64,000 nucleotides of DNA from contig CBDAOB010000005.1 of the NCBI GenBank assembly GCA_965197905.1, forward strand, positions 640,001 through 704,000, read 5' to 3'. The notes below the pieces were generated by a model. It did not search any database. It was not told where the DNA came from and saw only the letters and a program-made list of their open reading frames with translations. The position numbers and the translations under genes are program-made. Origin of the DNA: Candidatus Latescibacterota bacterium (lineage in GTDB: Bacteria > Latescibacterota > UBA2968 > UBA8231). Numbering within the stretch: position 1 is the stretch's first letter; every line of letters begins with the position of its first letter. Shown here piece after piece: positions 20,100 through 30,683 of this stretch.

Positions 20100-20792
20100 T
20101 TACTCGGATGGTGGCCACCCTGGGTCGTCTTTCACCACGAGAAAGTCCTTCTTCAACCGCTCGATCGCTTCGTCATCCAAACCGTCGTAGTAGCCGCGGA
20201 TGCGACCGAGCCGGTCGACGAGTGCGAAATGCTGGCTGTGGGCGATCACCATGTCGGAGTCAGGAGCCTCGTTTACCGCCAGCTTGAACCCGTCCTTCGC
20301 GAGCGACCAGATAGCTCTCCGGTCTCCAGTGAGGAAGGTCCACTTCAAGTGGTCGGCTCCAAAATTGCGCGCGTACCGATGGAGGACCTCGGGAGTATCG
20401 TAAGTGGGATCCACAGTGATACTGACGAGACGGCCAGCTTCGAAGTCGACATTGCCAGTGAAGGTTTGCTGCAGCTTGGCAAAGGCGGCTGAGAGCCGAG
20501 GGCAGGTGGCCGGGCAGCGGGTAAAGATGAATGAAACAATCCAGACCCGTCGTCCCAAACGATCGTTGTCGATAGTGAATCCATCCTCGTTGGTCAGCGA
20601 GAAGGGAGGCACGGTGCCGAGAATTGGCGGCTTTTCAGGGTACGCCCCACCTCCGGATCGACCCGCCTCCCCGACTTTAATCTCCTCCCCGGGTTGGGAG
20701 TCTCCACAGCCACACAGAGGCGCAATGGAGAGCAGCGCGAAAAGCAAGCCGATGTTGGAACACAGCAGCGAATGGCGTGCTCCGAACCTCAT
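20100..20792 (-). CDS. SCO family copper chaperone (lipoprotein)
   Basis: FIFTRCPATCP (CxxxC), SITVDPTYDTPE, HSQHFALVD. Start at ATG 20792 overlapping the DegT stop. Confidence 0.9.
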   Translation of the reverse strand: MRFGARHSLLCSNIGLLFALLSIAPLCGCGDSQPGEEIKVGEAGRSGGGAYPEKPPILGTVPPFSLTNEDGFTIDNDRLGRRVWIVSFIFTRCPATCPRLSAAFAKLQQTFTGNVDFEAGRLVSITVDPTYDTPEVLHRYARNFGADHLKWTFLTGDRRAIWSLAKDGFKLAVNEAPDSDMVIAHSQHFALVDRLGRIRGYYDGLDDEAIERLKKDFLVVKDDPGWPPSE

Positions 20793-22036
20793 CGGGCATC
20801 CCTGTGGTGCAAAACAACCTTGCGGAGGGCAGCAATTGCATCGTCCAGGTCCTTCTGGGACAAACTCGGCCGCATCTGCATTGCTATGCTGCGACCCATT
20901 AGTGCCTCGCCGTAAGGACACCAGGCCTTGGTGTAATCCACAGTCTCTTGCCGATTGTAATCAAAAGGGAAGTGGGATTCGCCATACATCTTCGGCTCGG
21001 CGAGAAACGGATTCTTGTAGAGCGGTCCGAAACGTCCACTGCCGATGAAGGGACCACCAAACGGCACCCCCTCCGCTTTCACGGCATCGGCAAAATCAAA
21101 GGCGCTGATGCCCAGGGCATCGGTGTCGACGGTGAAACCGAGCACCCAATGGGTATGGCGGTCTCCAGGGCGAATCTTCTGACGTTGAATCTCCGGCAGG
21201 TCGGCGACTCCATCCATGATGTAGTTGGCGGCGCGAATCTTGCGCTCGACATACCCTTCCACCTTCTCCATCTGCGTTAGTAACAGGGCGCACATCATCT
21301 CGTTGATCTTGTAATTGGGGGCCAGGAAATAGTTGGCGTAATCCTTGCCTTCCAGCGGACCGTTGTCACGCGGCAGTGCCATATTCCGAAACAGGATGGC
21401 ACGTTCCCACAGTGCCTTGTTATTGGTCATAACCATGCCCCCACCCGCGGCGGAGAGATGTTTGCCGCCGAAACTGAATCCGGCAATATCTCCCAAGGAA
21501 CCGACCCGTTTGCCGTTGAACTCGGCAAGGTGAGCCTGGCAACAGTCCTCGATGAGGAAGAGGTCGTGGCGTTTGGCCACATCCCGCAAACCGGCCATAT
21601 CGCACGGATTGCCGAAGAGATGGACGGCAATAATAGCCCGGGTGCGGTCGGTGATCTTCGCCTCCACATCCTTGGGGTCGATGTTATAGGTGTCGTCGAC
21701 GTCGGCGAATACCGGCACGCAGTTTTGAAATAACAATCCGATGATGCTGCCTCCCGAGGTCCAGGGGGTAACGATGATCTCGTCACCGGGGTCGGGGTTG
21801 ATGGCGGCGACGCACGTGTGCATGGCGGATGTACCTGAGTTGGTGGTGACGCCGTACTGGGCGCCGTGCCGCTCGGCGTAGGCCTGCTCGAATTCATCCC
21901 GCTTATTGGTTTTGAATTCGGCGCGCAGAACCTCGGCCACGGCCTCGATATCGGCATCGCCGAAGTCGTGATTCGGACCGTCGAAGGGTTCGGGGCGCAC
22001 CGGGGTGCCGCCGTCGATTGCTAGGGGTGATGTCAT
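20789..22036 (-). CDS. DegT/DnrJ/EryC1/StrS PLP aminotransferase
   Basis: LAIDGGTP, NSGTSAM, VHLFGNPCD, IEDCCQAH, FSFGGKH. Confidence 0.92.
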   Translation of the reverse strand: MTSPLAIDGGTPVRPEPFDGPNHDFGDADIEAVAEVLRAEFKTNKRDEFEQAYAERHGAQYGVTTNSGTSAMHTCVAAINPDPGDEIIVTPWTSGGSIIGLLFQNCVPVFADVDDTYNIDPKDVEAKITDRTRAIIAVHLFGNPCDMAGLRDVAKRHDLFLIEDCCQAHLAEFNGKRVGSLGDIAGFSFGGKHLSAAGGGMVMTNNKALWERAILFRNMALPRDNGPLEGKDYANYFLAPNYKINEMMCALLLTQMEKVEGYVERKIRAANYIMDGVADLPEIQRQKIRPGDRHTHWVLGFTVDTDALGISAFDFADAVKAEGVPFGGPFIGSGRFGPLYKNPFLAEPKMYGESHFPFDYNRQETVDYTKAWCPYGEALMGRSIAMQMRPSLSQKDLDDAIAALRKVVLHHRDAR

Positions 22037-22066
22037 GGTTCTCCTCCCAAATTGTTGGATCTCAGT

Positions 22067-23158
22067 TTAATAATCCACAGTGATGCGGCGGCCGGTGTTG
22101 GCCGATTCGTAGATGGCGTCGATCGATTGCAGGACGCGCAACGCGTCTTCCATGGTTAGCTCTGTCTCTTTCTTTTCGCGGGCGCAGGTGATAAACTCCT
22201 GCATCCAAGCAAACATCCATTTCGAACTGGCGTAACCGGCCGGTCCCGGCTCGAGCCGGTGATGGATCGTGCGTTCAGGAGCGTCCTTCCAGGTGCCCCT
22301 GGTGCTCTTCACCATCAACGCCGGTCCGCCAATGGGGGTCCAGTGGGCTTCGCCTTCACTGCCGCGAAACACCAGGGTCTGGTCGTACTCACCTCTCGCG
22401 GCCTGCAGGTAACCGGCATGCATCGTGCCGTAGGCACCGTTTTCGTACTCCATGGTTACCAGCGCAACATCCTCCAGGGGTTCGTCGATAAAGCCAACCG
22501 GACGACCGGTCATCGCCTGTACCGACTTGATTTCGCATCCCATGAGGTAGCGCATCACCTCGAGATAGTGGCAGCCCAGCATGTGCAGGACACCGCCACC
22601 TTCCCCGGCGTCGGTGAACAGAAAACTCTGCGGATCGCGCAGCCCGGGACGCACCTGGGTGGTCACCAGACGCACCTCGATGTCGAGCGGACGTCCCAAG
22701 AGGTCACCATCGATCAGTTGTTTGAGCTCGCGGCAGACCGGATTGAAGCGGTGAGGGTATCCCGGCATGGCCACAACCCCGTTGCGGCGCACAGCCCTTG
22801 CCAATTCCGCTAACTCCGGCGAACGCCGGGCGAACTGCTTTTCCAGATACATATGTTTTCCAGCCTCGGCCAGCTTGATGGCGGTGGCCGGGATCTCCGC
22901 GGCCGGTAGCACGACCACTGCCAGCTCGAACTCTTCGTCGCGGATCAGGTCGTCGACGGAGGTGTAGGTGCGTGCCCCCGGGTCGAACTGCGCCACCGGT
23001 TCCAGCAGGGAAGGGTCAGTGTCTTCGCAATAGGCGACGATCTGAACCCCTTCCAGTTGCCGGAAGGTTCCGATGTAACCCACATAGTCGGGACCCACCT
23101 TGCCCATGTGGCCATGGCGCATGCCGACCATTGCCGTCTTCAACGTGGGGCCGGTCAC
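22067..23158 (-). CDS. Gfo/Idh/MocA oxidoreductase
   Basis: AGKHMYLEKQ, GYPHRFNP, GGGVLHMLGCH. Confidence 0.88.
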   Translation of the reverse strand: MTGPTLKTAMVGMRHGHMGKVGPDYVGYIGTFRQLEGVQIVAYCEDTDPSLLEPVAQFDPGARTYTSVDDLIRDEEFELAVVVLPAAEIPATAIKLAEAGKHMYLEKQFARRSPELAELARAVRRNGVVAMPGYPHRFNPVCRELKQLIDGDLLGRPLDIEVRLVTTQVRPGLRDPQSFLFTDAGEGGGVLHMLGCHYLEVMRYLMGCEIKSVQAMTGRPVGFIDEPLEDVALVTMEYENGAYGTMHAGYLQAARGEYDQTLVFRGSEGEAHWTPIGGPALMVKSTRGTWKDAPERTIHHRLEPGPAGYASSKWMFAWMQEFITCAREKKETELTMEDALRVLQSIDAIYESANTGRRITVDY

Positions 23159-23233
23159 TTCAAGCGCTCCATCGCCGATCTTGCGGAATGCTCCGTCATC
23201 AGTTCGCCGATGATACCGGTGCGACGCGGCGAT

Positions 23234-24277
23234 TCAAGCACACAGCACCACGCGCTGGCGATCGGCGCCCGAGAGCGGCAACTCGACCCAGGCGCTGTTC
23301 TGATCGTGGGAAAGGTGGATAGCGACGATCGCCTCTATAACGTTCACGGACTCCACCGCCGGGTAGGGAAACTCGGTGCCGTTTTCTAGGTTGTCGACGA
23401 TAGCCGCCACGGCCCGATCCATGGAGTTCCTCTCCCCCTTCTTGGAGGGTAACCTATCGCGGCGCCCGTCCCAGTACTCGAATTCCACGTCATCGCCGGA
23501 GGTAGTTGCCCGGCCTTTCGTTCCGTTGATACAGATCTGCGGTGGCACTACAGAGTAGTCGGCGGCATCTACCGTAACCATGAGGCCGCTCTGCATGCGC
23601 AGAACGCTCCACGAACCGTAATCCTTGAAGTCGGGGCCGCGGCAATCCGGTTTGCCGGCGAAATCCAGAGTGCCGGAGACCGCCGCCACGCGCTGTCCGA
23701 CATACATACACATAGCGTCGATGATATGGGTACCGACGCCGCCCGTGCGGCCTGAAGGCCATACCATCGAAACGGAGGTCAGGTCGCCCAGATCCCCGCC
23801 GGCGATGCGGTCGCGAGTCAGGTTCCCATTCGGATTGTAGCGGCGGTTATAGTTGATCGCCAGCAGCGTGCCGCTCTTCTCGCACGCGTCCATCATGGCG
23901 TCGGCGTCACTGGCAATGTTGGCGATCGGTTTCTCGCAGAAAACGGCGCGCACACCCTTCTCGGCGCAGCCAATGGTGATCTCCGCATGGGAGGGGGCGT
24001 AGGTGGCCACACTGACGATGTCGAGATCCTCCTCCTCCAACATCTTCCGCCAGTCGTCGTAGACGCGGGCGCCAGCCCGTTCCGCGAAACGTTCCCGCCG
24101 TCCCGGATCGCGGCTGCTGCCGGCGACGAGATCGACCTTCGGGTTCCCTGCAAGGGAACTGTAGTGGGTGCCATCCAGGTTTTCGACCTGCTGTCCGATC
24201 GCGGTTCCCGAGACCTGGTCGGCGGCTCCAATGAATCCGCAGCCGACGATGCCAGCGCGGTAGTTCGAATCACTCAC
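23234..24277 (-). CDS. Gfo/Idh/MocA oxidoreductase
   Basis: IVGCGFIG, DIVSVAT, VFCEKPIA, GTHIID. Confidence 0.9.
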   Translation of the reverse strand: MSDSNYRAGIVGCGFIGAADQVSGTAIGQQVENLDGTHYSSLAGNPKVDLVAGSSRDPGRRERFAERAGARVYDDWRKMLEEEDLDIVSVATYAPSHAEITIGCAEKGVRAVFCEKPIANIASDADAMMDACEKSGTLLAINYNRRYNPNGNLTRDRIAGGDLGDLTSVSMVWPSGRTGGVGTHIIDAMCMYVGQRVAAVSGTLDFAGKPDCRGPDFKDYGSWSVLRMQSGLMVTVDAADYSVVPPQICINGTKGRATTSGDDVEFEYWDGRRDRLPSKKGERNSMDRAVAAIVDNLENGTEFPYPAVESVNVIEAIVAIHLSHDQNSAWVELPLSGADRQRVVLCA

Positions 24278-24301
24278 GGTTCTTTCCTCCTGCTGCGTTG
24301 C

Positions 24302-25824
24302 TCATTCCAGGTTGAGATCGAAGATGCGTCTTGGATTGGTCCGGTACACCAGCTCGGCCTCAACAGGATCGGTAATGGCATCCATATAGATCCCCAATTG
24401 ATACCAGGGTGCGAAGATCTGCTGGTCGGTTCCAAACAGGATACGCTCCGGGCCAAGAACGTCCGTGGAGCGCCGTATCCTTCCCGCCGTAAGTCCACTG
24501 CTGCAGAACTCGAAATATACATTGGGGAGGTCGGAGATCTTGCGGGCTCCCTCCCGATCATCGCCGTGGGCTTTGATGAAAATCAGATTGGGAAGACGCT
24601 CGGCTGCTTTCCTGAGCCCGGCATAGGGTGCGGCGTCCATATGAATTTTTACCGGCCGGCCGAAGCGATCGACCTCGTCCAACAGCTCCTGCATGCCAAG
24701 ATCGGACATGGGCCCCGCGAATGGACAGTACAGCTTTACACCTACAAAACGAGGATCGCCGAAATACTGTTCCATTTGCGAGACCGAAGCGGGAATGTCT
24801 CGCGCGTCACACACCACGTAGCCGCGCAGGTTGGGATGGCGGGCGAGGAATCCCGCCGTCTGGGCGTTGCCGACGGCCATGTCGTAGTCGATGGCGTGGT
24901 AGGAGGAGACGATGGTCACCTCGATGTTGCACTTCGCCGACATCTCGGGAACGGTCGAGCGATCGAATCCATCGATCGGTTGCGGCAGAAAGAACCCGGA
25001 AACGTGGGCGTGAACGTCTACGATCGGTTTCGCAGGTAGATCGGGCTGATCGTCGATCTGCAGGGGCGAAGCGGGCAGCTGCGTGGCCTTCAGATTCAGG
25101 AGTCGAAGGGCGTTGTTTGCCAGAATCGCCTGTTTCGCACTCTCGGGAATGGAGGCCCCGAGCACCTGATAAAGCAATCCCCGCACGGAATACCTGGGTG
25201 CGTTGCTGGCAAACAGGAAGCGATCCACCAACCCCTCAGACAGGGCGAGCTCCAAACTTCCGGCCAACGTTAACCGGCGGATGCCCGCATGCACCGTTGG
25301 AAAACGGTGCATCACCGTAAGCAGCTCGCCAGTATATTGGTAGGCAACCTCGTTCAAGACAACGGCGACAACGTGGCGCGCGGAGATCTCGCCGATGCGG
25401 TGAATCCAAGCCTCAGACTCTGGCCCGGCCCCGTTAAAATCGACGACGGCGGGAAGTCCCAGGGCGCCTATTGCTTCCAACATCTGCTCAAAGAGCAATG
25501 TGTCCGGCGACCAGTTCTGATTGCCAGGCGCAAAACGGATGGCACGACAACCCCCCCTACGCAGATATCCAGGTCTTCTCTCCATCCCACGTAGCGGCGT
25601 GGATCCAGGGTCCCCACCGGCAGCAACCGGTCATGTCGAGCGGTCTCTTCCAGGGTCTCAACAATCGCCTCGCCATTGACCTGGTTCTTCAGTCCCCGCC
25701 GCGAGGTGGCAAGCGCCAGCGTTATCTTGTGGGTCTCCAACTGACGCACTAGCTCACCGTTAGATGTATTCGGCTCGGCGATCGGATTGGGGCTGAAGTC
25801 GGTAACGAAGTCGACTGCGATCAT
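24302..25824 (-). CDS. Tandem-domain amidohydrolase, frameshifted at the C7 run 25551-25557
   Basis: ORFs 25468-25824 and 24302-25585 join at a homopolymer. FLFASNAP, IVDVHAH, ILFGTDQ motifs. Confidence 0.75.
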
Positions 25825-26034
25825 GGTCAGCTCATCAGAAGGGGTTGCCGAAGCGCGATCAAAACGATCTGTTCGGCGCGTCGCTGGGAATCAAGACCGG
25901 AAAATAGTCTCACCGGAGACGAACGTCCATTTCTCAACGCCGTCAGCCGGAGCGGGGCGGGGTAGGCACAGGTTTTTGCCCGGTCCGAGGCCAGCGGCTA
26001 TCTTGGGGCGCACTGAACGGAGACCTGGGGAGAT

Positions 26035-27438
26035 ATGCAGCCAGAATCGACCTTTTCGGTAGAGTGCGGCCGTCGACAGCTGTTCATAGATGGTCACGGC
26101 GTTGCCGCTACCGACCACCTACAGTGGCGCATGCACCAGCCATCGAAAAAAGGCGCGGTGATCAGAGACGAGCGTGGATCTTTGCAAACCCGCAGCATGC
26201 CGGCCTGGGATCCCGAGCAAGAGCAGTACAAGCTCTGGGTCTATTCGGAGGGCGGCGATACGGTCTATCAAAGCAAGGATGGGTTGCACTGGAATCCCGC
26301 CGGCGGACAAAGTGTGAACGTGCGTCACGTGGTGCGTGACGATCTGGACCCCATAGCCTTCCGGAGATATAAAGGCGTGCTGTTGAACGACGGGTTCGTA
26401 TTCTCGGCGGATGGACATCAGTGGCGCTGTCCCGGCGCGGCTCCGGTACGGAGCTCGGATGAGGGTAATCTCTCCTTCAATCGGAATGAAGGGCTCTTTG
26501 TTCATACAGCGAAGCGGGGGGGAACCTATGGACGGTCGGTAGCGATCGCAACGACCCGTGATTTCAAGATCTGGGAGGACTACGGCGTCGTCTTCCAGAC
26601 GGACGAGATCGATCAGAATCGCTGCGCCGGTATCGTCGACGAGTATATGGCGGATGCCACGCCCCTCGACGTGGAACTCCCCGACGACGACGATCCAGAC
26701 TGGGCCTGGCTGAATGTCGATGTCTACAACATGGGTGTATTCGATTACGAGGGGATCTACATCGGTTTGCCGGCAGTCTACTTCCGCCGCGGCAAACGGT
26801 ACTCGAAGTGTATCGTCTGTTTCACCGCCATTGAGCTGACCTGCAGCCGCGACTTGAAGGAGTGGACTCGTCTGGGAGACCGGCAGCCGTTCATAGCCTG
26901 TTCGAAGCCGGGGATGGGCGCCTACGATTTGAGCAAGAACCTGCCGCCATCCAACTTTGTCCGCGGAGATGAGCTCTGGTTCTATTATGCGGGCATAAAA
27001 TCCCAAGGAAGCCAGCAAAGAAGGGATCCCGATCGTGCGGCGGTCTGTCTCGCGGTGCTGCGCCGCGACGGGTTCGTATCGATGGATGCGGGGGAGCGGA
27101 TAGGGACACTTACGACCGAGCCTTTTGTGGTACCCGGTGAAAAGCTGTTCGTAAATGTCGACGCCTATCCGCCAAGGGATGGTTGGTACTGGCGCTACGG
27201 GGCGAGGTTTCGCGAAGAGCCGCAGGAACCCATCCCCGAGCTGCAACTGGGGGAACTAAGGGTTGAGGTCCTCGATGAATCCGGCAACGCTTTTGCGGCG
27301 TCGGCGCCGATTCGGGGAGATCAACCCGGGGCAGAGGTTGAATGGCTGGAGGGCAATGTGGCGAAATCGAACGGGCGTACGGTTCAGCTGAGATTCGCCT
27401 TGCAAAATGCCCGGTTCTACTCCTACTGGTTTGAATGA
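26035..27438 (+). CDS. Beta-propeller glycoside-hydrolase-like protein, paralogue of 2674-4140
   Basis: RQLFID, SKDGLHW, SADGHQW, SRDLKEW, LRRDGFVSM, C-terminal FYSYWFE. Confidence 0.78.
   Translation: MQPESTFSVECGRRQLFIDGHGVAATDHLQWRMHQPSKKGAVIRDERGSLQTRSMPAWDPEQEQYKLWVYSEGGDTVYQSKDGLHWNPAGGQSVNVRHVVRDDLDPIAFRRYKGVLLNDGFVFSADGHQWRCPGAAPVRSSDEGNLSFNRNEGLFVHTAKRGGTYGRSVAIATTRDFKIWEDYGVVFQTDEIDQNRCAGIVDEYMADATPLDVELPDDDDPDWAWLNVDVYNMGVFDYEGIYIGLPAVYFRRGKRYSKCIVCFTAIELTCSRDLKEWTRLGDRQPFIACSKPGMGAYDLSKNLPPSNFVRGDELWFYYAGIKSQGSQQRRDPDRAAVCLAVLRRDGFVSMDAGERIGTLTTEPFVVPGEKLFVNVDAYPPRDGWYWRYGARFREEPQEPIPELQLGELRVEVLDESGNAFAASAPIRGDQPGAEVEWLEGNVAKSNGRTVQLRFALQNARFYSYWFE
27417..27434 (+). repeat. attL-like core CTACTCCTACTGGTTTGA
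   Basis: 17/18 identical to 37949-37966; encodes YSYWFE at the 3' end of the beta-propeller gene. Confidence 0.7.
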
Positions 27439-27507
27439 GAGGACAGGGTGTGCTTATTTGATGAATAACAGCAAGTTGCAGAAATATCAGAAGAATGCGC
27501 TTCGTTC

Positions 27508-27526
27508 CCATCTAACTATTTGCTAA
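27508..27526 (+). repeat. Arm-type-like direct repeat CCATCTAACTATTTGCTAA
   Basis: 18/19 identical to 37832-37850. Confidence 0.65.
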
Positions 27527-27565
27527 TTGGAACTGAAGCGAACGCAGAGCAACTGAAGAGAACCC

Positions 27566-28102
27566 CTAATCCGCTATGGTGTTGGCCCCCCACGCAGCCG
27601 ATCGCGCCGCCATCGTACCCGGGCCGCAAGCCGAGGCCGACGAGGCGACCCTGTAACGGCCGACATACCGGGCAGGGTCAGACGTCCACCTATCGCCGCT
27701 CCTGGGCCACACTACTGGCACGGGTCTTCCGCATCGATGTGACGCGCTGCCCGGACTGTGGTGGTCGTATGAAGATCATCGCCGCTCTCACCGACCCAAG
27801 TTCGATCCGCCGCTGTCTGCAAGGCATGGGCTTACCGGCGCGGGCGCCGCCGATCGCACCCTCGCGCCCAGATCCCCAACCGCAATTCGACTACGCCTGA
27901 TCCTCTGCGGGTGAAGTGTGTCTACCCTCTTGAGCGGCTGCTTAAAGCGGCGTTCAAGTGCCCAAAATAGATCCGCAATAGCGCTTCGCGGCCGTTTCCC
28001 ATGGCCAGCCGACCATACGTTGCAAATGTCCCGAAAAACCCCCACCAGAGCGGCACGGACCCTCGGCGCAACTATCGATAACGGTCTTTATTTGTCCTAT
28101 AC
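27566..28102 (+). mobile_element. IS91/ISCR-family rolling-circle transposase 3' remnant with oriIS-like end
   Basis: Degenerate LIRY(H)GVLAPH, then SWATLLARVFRIDVTRCPDCGGRMKIIA...PARAPP. TTTATTTGTCCTATAC ends 202 bp after the stop. Confidence 0.8.
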
Positions 28103-28276
28103 TTTGGCGGTTCCTGGCGGAAGATGTCGACCGATGGCTGATGCAGCGCGCGGAGCCGGTTGAGTACTTGCCACGCCTGCACGACGCGAAGGCTCGATAG
28201 GTCAACCGAGGTAAAACTTCCAATTCGCGTTCATGGGGCCTGGGTGAAACCGGAACTCAGATGATCAGAACGACAA

Positions 28277-28349
28277 GAGCCGTATGACGGGAGACTGTCA
28301 CGTACGGATCCGTGGGAGCCTGGGGTGCGATTCCCCCGGGCTACCCGAC
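28277..28349 (+). ncRNA. Group II intron 3' end (domains V and VI), no RT ORF
   Basis: GAGCCGTATGACGGGAGACTGTCACGTACGGATC (AGC triad DV) followed by the DVI hairpin ending CTACCCGAC. Confidence 0.88.
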
Positions 28350-28467
28350 CCGGCCACCAGCAACTCTGTTCCGGGATCGGGTCGAGAGGCGGCTTACCCA
28401 CCGTGGCGAGGATGAGCAGCTACGGGATCGGGGTCGAGAGAGATCGTGAACTGACAGAGACCCAATC

Positions 28468-29724
28468 ATGACGCTGCATTCCTCAACGGCGAATCGTCAG
28501 CTGACGTCGGTGCTCTTTCTTGTCGTGGGTGCCTTGCTTTGCACTTTTCTCGTTGCCCCAGGGCTTTGGTTAGATCACCCCTTTTTCGGCACCATGCCCC
28601 TCGCCGATGGCCTGCCACGGCTCGTTCCACCCGCCGATTACGTTCTGCTTGCCAGTTTAGTTCTATTGCTGATCCCGATATTGCTGGCAGGCGAACGCAG
28701 ACGTCGGCGCTGGATTCTGCTCTGGTGTGGCCTTTGCGCCGCTCGTTGTATTTGGGATCGAATCACGTGGCAACCATATATCTACCAGTATTTCTTTATG
28801 CTGTTAACGATTGCTTGGGCAAGTTCAGCGGGGCCACGCAGCACGGAGCCTAGGAAACAATTCCGTTCGAAGGCCAAGGAAGCGGAACAGAAACGCGCCC
28901 TGGTCGCGCTAAACATTTTGCGGCTGATCGTCCTTAGCGTTTACTTCTGGTCAGGCGTGTCCAAAGTCAACGCCGGATTTCTCGAAACAGCGATGCCTCA
29001 GTTGTTAGAACATCTCCTGCCAGCAGGTGTCTTTGACATTATTCGGCACTTCGTCGTCGCGATTCCGATCATCGAAATCCTGATTGCGGTCGGACTACTC
29101 GTCGGCCGTTTTCGCACCTTGTCCGTTCTCGGCGCCTTGGCAATGCACGTCAGCATCTTGCTGATGATCGGACCGTTGGAACTGGACTACAACCGAGTTG
29201 TATGGCCGTGGAATGTTGCCATGATGATTTGGGTTGCGCTCCTTTTCTGGAAGCAACGAATGGTCTCGAGCGCCGATATCCTGGGGTGGAGAGCCCCGCT
29301 GTTTCAATGGTGTATCTTGTTTTTCTGCACGGTGTGTCCAGGCCTGGCGTTTATCGGCTTGTGGCATCCTCATTTATCCTTCCGACTCTATTCAGGTTCG
29401 GAGAGCTTGGCGGTTGTCTTATTGTCTCAAGAGGGCATTGATCAACTACCTGAGGCCACCAGAGCGGAGGTCACTCTGGATCCTCGCGAGGAGTACGCGG
29501 GGTACCTGGCCCTCCCGCATTGGTCGGATAAGGAATTGGGCGCACTCGTGCCTTCCGACCCTCGAATCTATCGACGCGTGGGCCGCCGATTGTGCGACGT
29601 GGTAACACCGCCGAACGAGATGGTTCTCGAGATGCGCAGCCCGCCCCATTGGTGGACGGGCGAGATAATTACCGAACGGCTAGCGTGTCGCGATCTTCGT
29701 GCGCATCCGATTCCCGAACCGTAA
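28468..29724 (+). CDS. Integral membrane protein (HTTM/DoxX-MauE-like)
   Basis: Many TM helices; WQPYIYQY, SVYFWSGVSKVN, WPWNVAM. Confidence 0.65.
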   Translation: MTLHSSTANRQLTSVLFLVVGALLCTFLVAPGLWLDHPFFGTMPLADGLPRLVPPADYVLLASLVLLLIPILLAGERRRRRWILLWCGLCAARCIWDRITWQPYIYQYFFMLLTIAWASSAGPRSTEPRKQFRSKAKEAEQKRALVALNILRLIVLSVYFWSGVSKVNAGFLETAMPQLLEHLLPAGVFDIIRHFVVAIPIIEILIAVGLLVGRFRTLSVLGALAMHVSILLMIGPLELDYNRVVWPWNVAMMIWVALLFWKQRMVSSADILGWRAPLFQWCILFFCTVCPGLAFIGLWHPHLSFRLYSGSESLAVVLLSQEGIDQLPEATRAEVTLDPREEYAGYLALPHWSDKELGALVPSDPRIYRRVGRRLCDVVTPPNEMVLEMRSPPHWWTGEIITERLACRDLRAHPIPEP

Positions 29725-30141
29725 ATGGCCGAAACAAGGTCAGCGAAACAAGGACGTTCCGGTGCTGGACGACAGGGAGCCTCTCACAACGACGGTGGAC
29801 GAAGGCGCGGTGGCTGAGAGTGCAGCGGTCCGCTGCTTGATCGAAGGTGAGAGAGCTGCTAGTGCAATGCATCAGCTTGATGGGGCGTTATCCGACGAGC
29901 GTCGAAACAGCCAAATGACAGGGTCTACTCTCACCTTGCTCGACCTTCGAGCCTGATTTGGCCCACTCTCATATGGCAGCGATTTCGGACGCACCACACT
30001 AGAGTCCACGGCTCCTAGCTCCTCGCCCAAAATCGTCCCTACAGCTATCCGGCACAAACGTCCCCTGAGCCTTCATCAGCAAAGCTCTGACGCCAGCGTC
30101 TTGAAACAGGACCGGCCGGCCGGCTCCGTAGGCCTCCATTT

Positions 30142-30500
30142 ACCAAATGTCCGGACTGCGGCGGCCCGATGAGGATCATCGCTGCCCTCACCGGCCCACG
30201 TTCGATCCGCCGCTGTCTGCAAGGCATGGGCTTACCGGCGCGGGCGCCGCCGATCGCACCCTCGCGCCCAGATCCCCAACCGCAATTCGACTACGCCTGA
30301 TTTGTAGTGCACAGGTGAAGTGTACCTGCGCCGCCGTGAACCCAACATCTACAGCCCGCCAGGAACCGGAATCCACGCCACACTAGGCGCCGCGCCGCTT
30401 CGGCCGCGTCGCGAGCCGCGAAACGACCCGATACATCGCTCAGTTCACACCCCCGCTGGCTTGCCGAGACTACCGATAATGAGGTTTATTCTTCCTGTAC
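30142..30500 (+). mobile_element. Second IS91/ISCR 3' remnant with oriIS-like end
   Basis: TKCPDCGGPMRIIAAL...PQFDYA*. 30200-30301 is identical to 27800-27901. TTTATTCTTCCTGTAC ends 200 bp after the stop. Confidence 0.8.
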
Positions 30501-30683
30501 TTTGGCACGGCGTTCGGATTCTAGCATGGCTAACGATCCTTCGACATGCGTGCTTCGTCCCGCACACCGGATCCCCGTCCCGGCGGAGCTGCGAAACTGC
30601 GCGACAACGTTTGTAGATAAGAAACCGAAGGGGTTCAGAATGTATCATTCTTCCCATTCGACGCGCGCGTCAGGAGACATGTC

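Noticed and set aside
25551..25557. Programmed frameshift or phase variation at C7 (also G5 near 13958)
   Set aside because: Cannot be distinguished from homopolymer sequencing error given the many other indels
25962..25979. Sigma54 promoter TAGGCACAGGTTTTTGCC
   Set aside because: GG-N11-GC spacing is off by one; valid only if the T-run is a sequencing error
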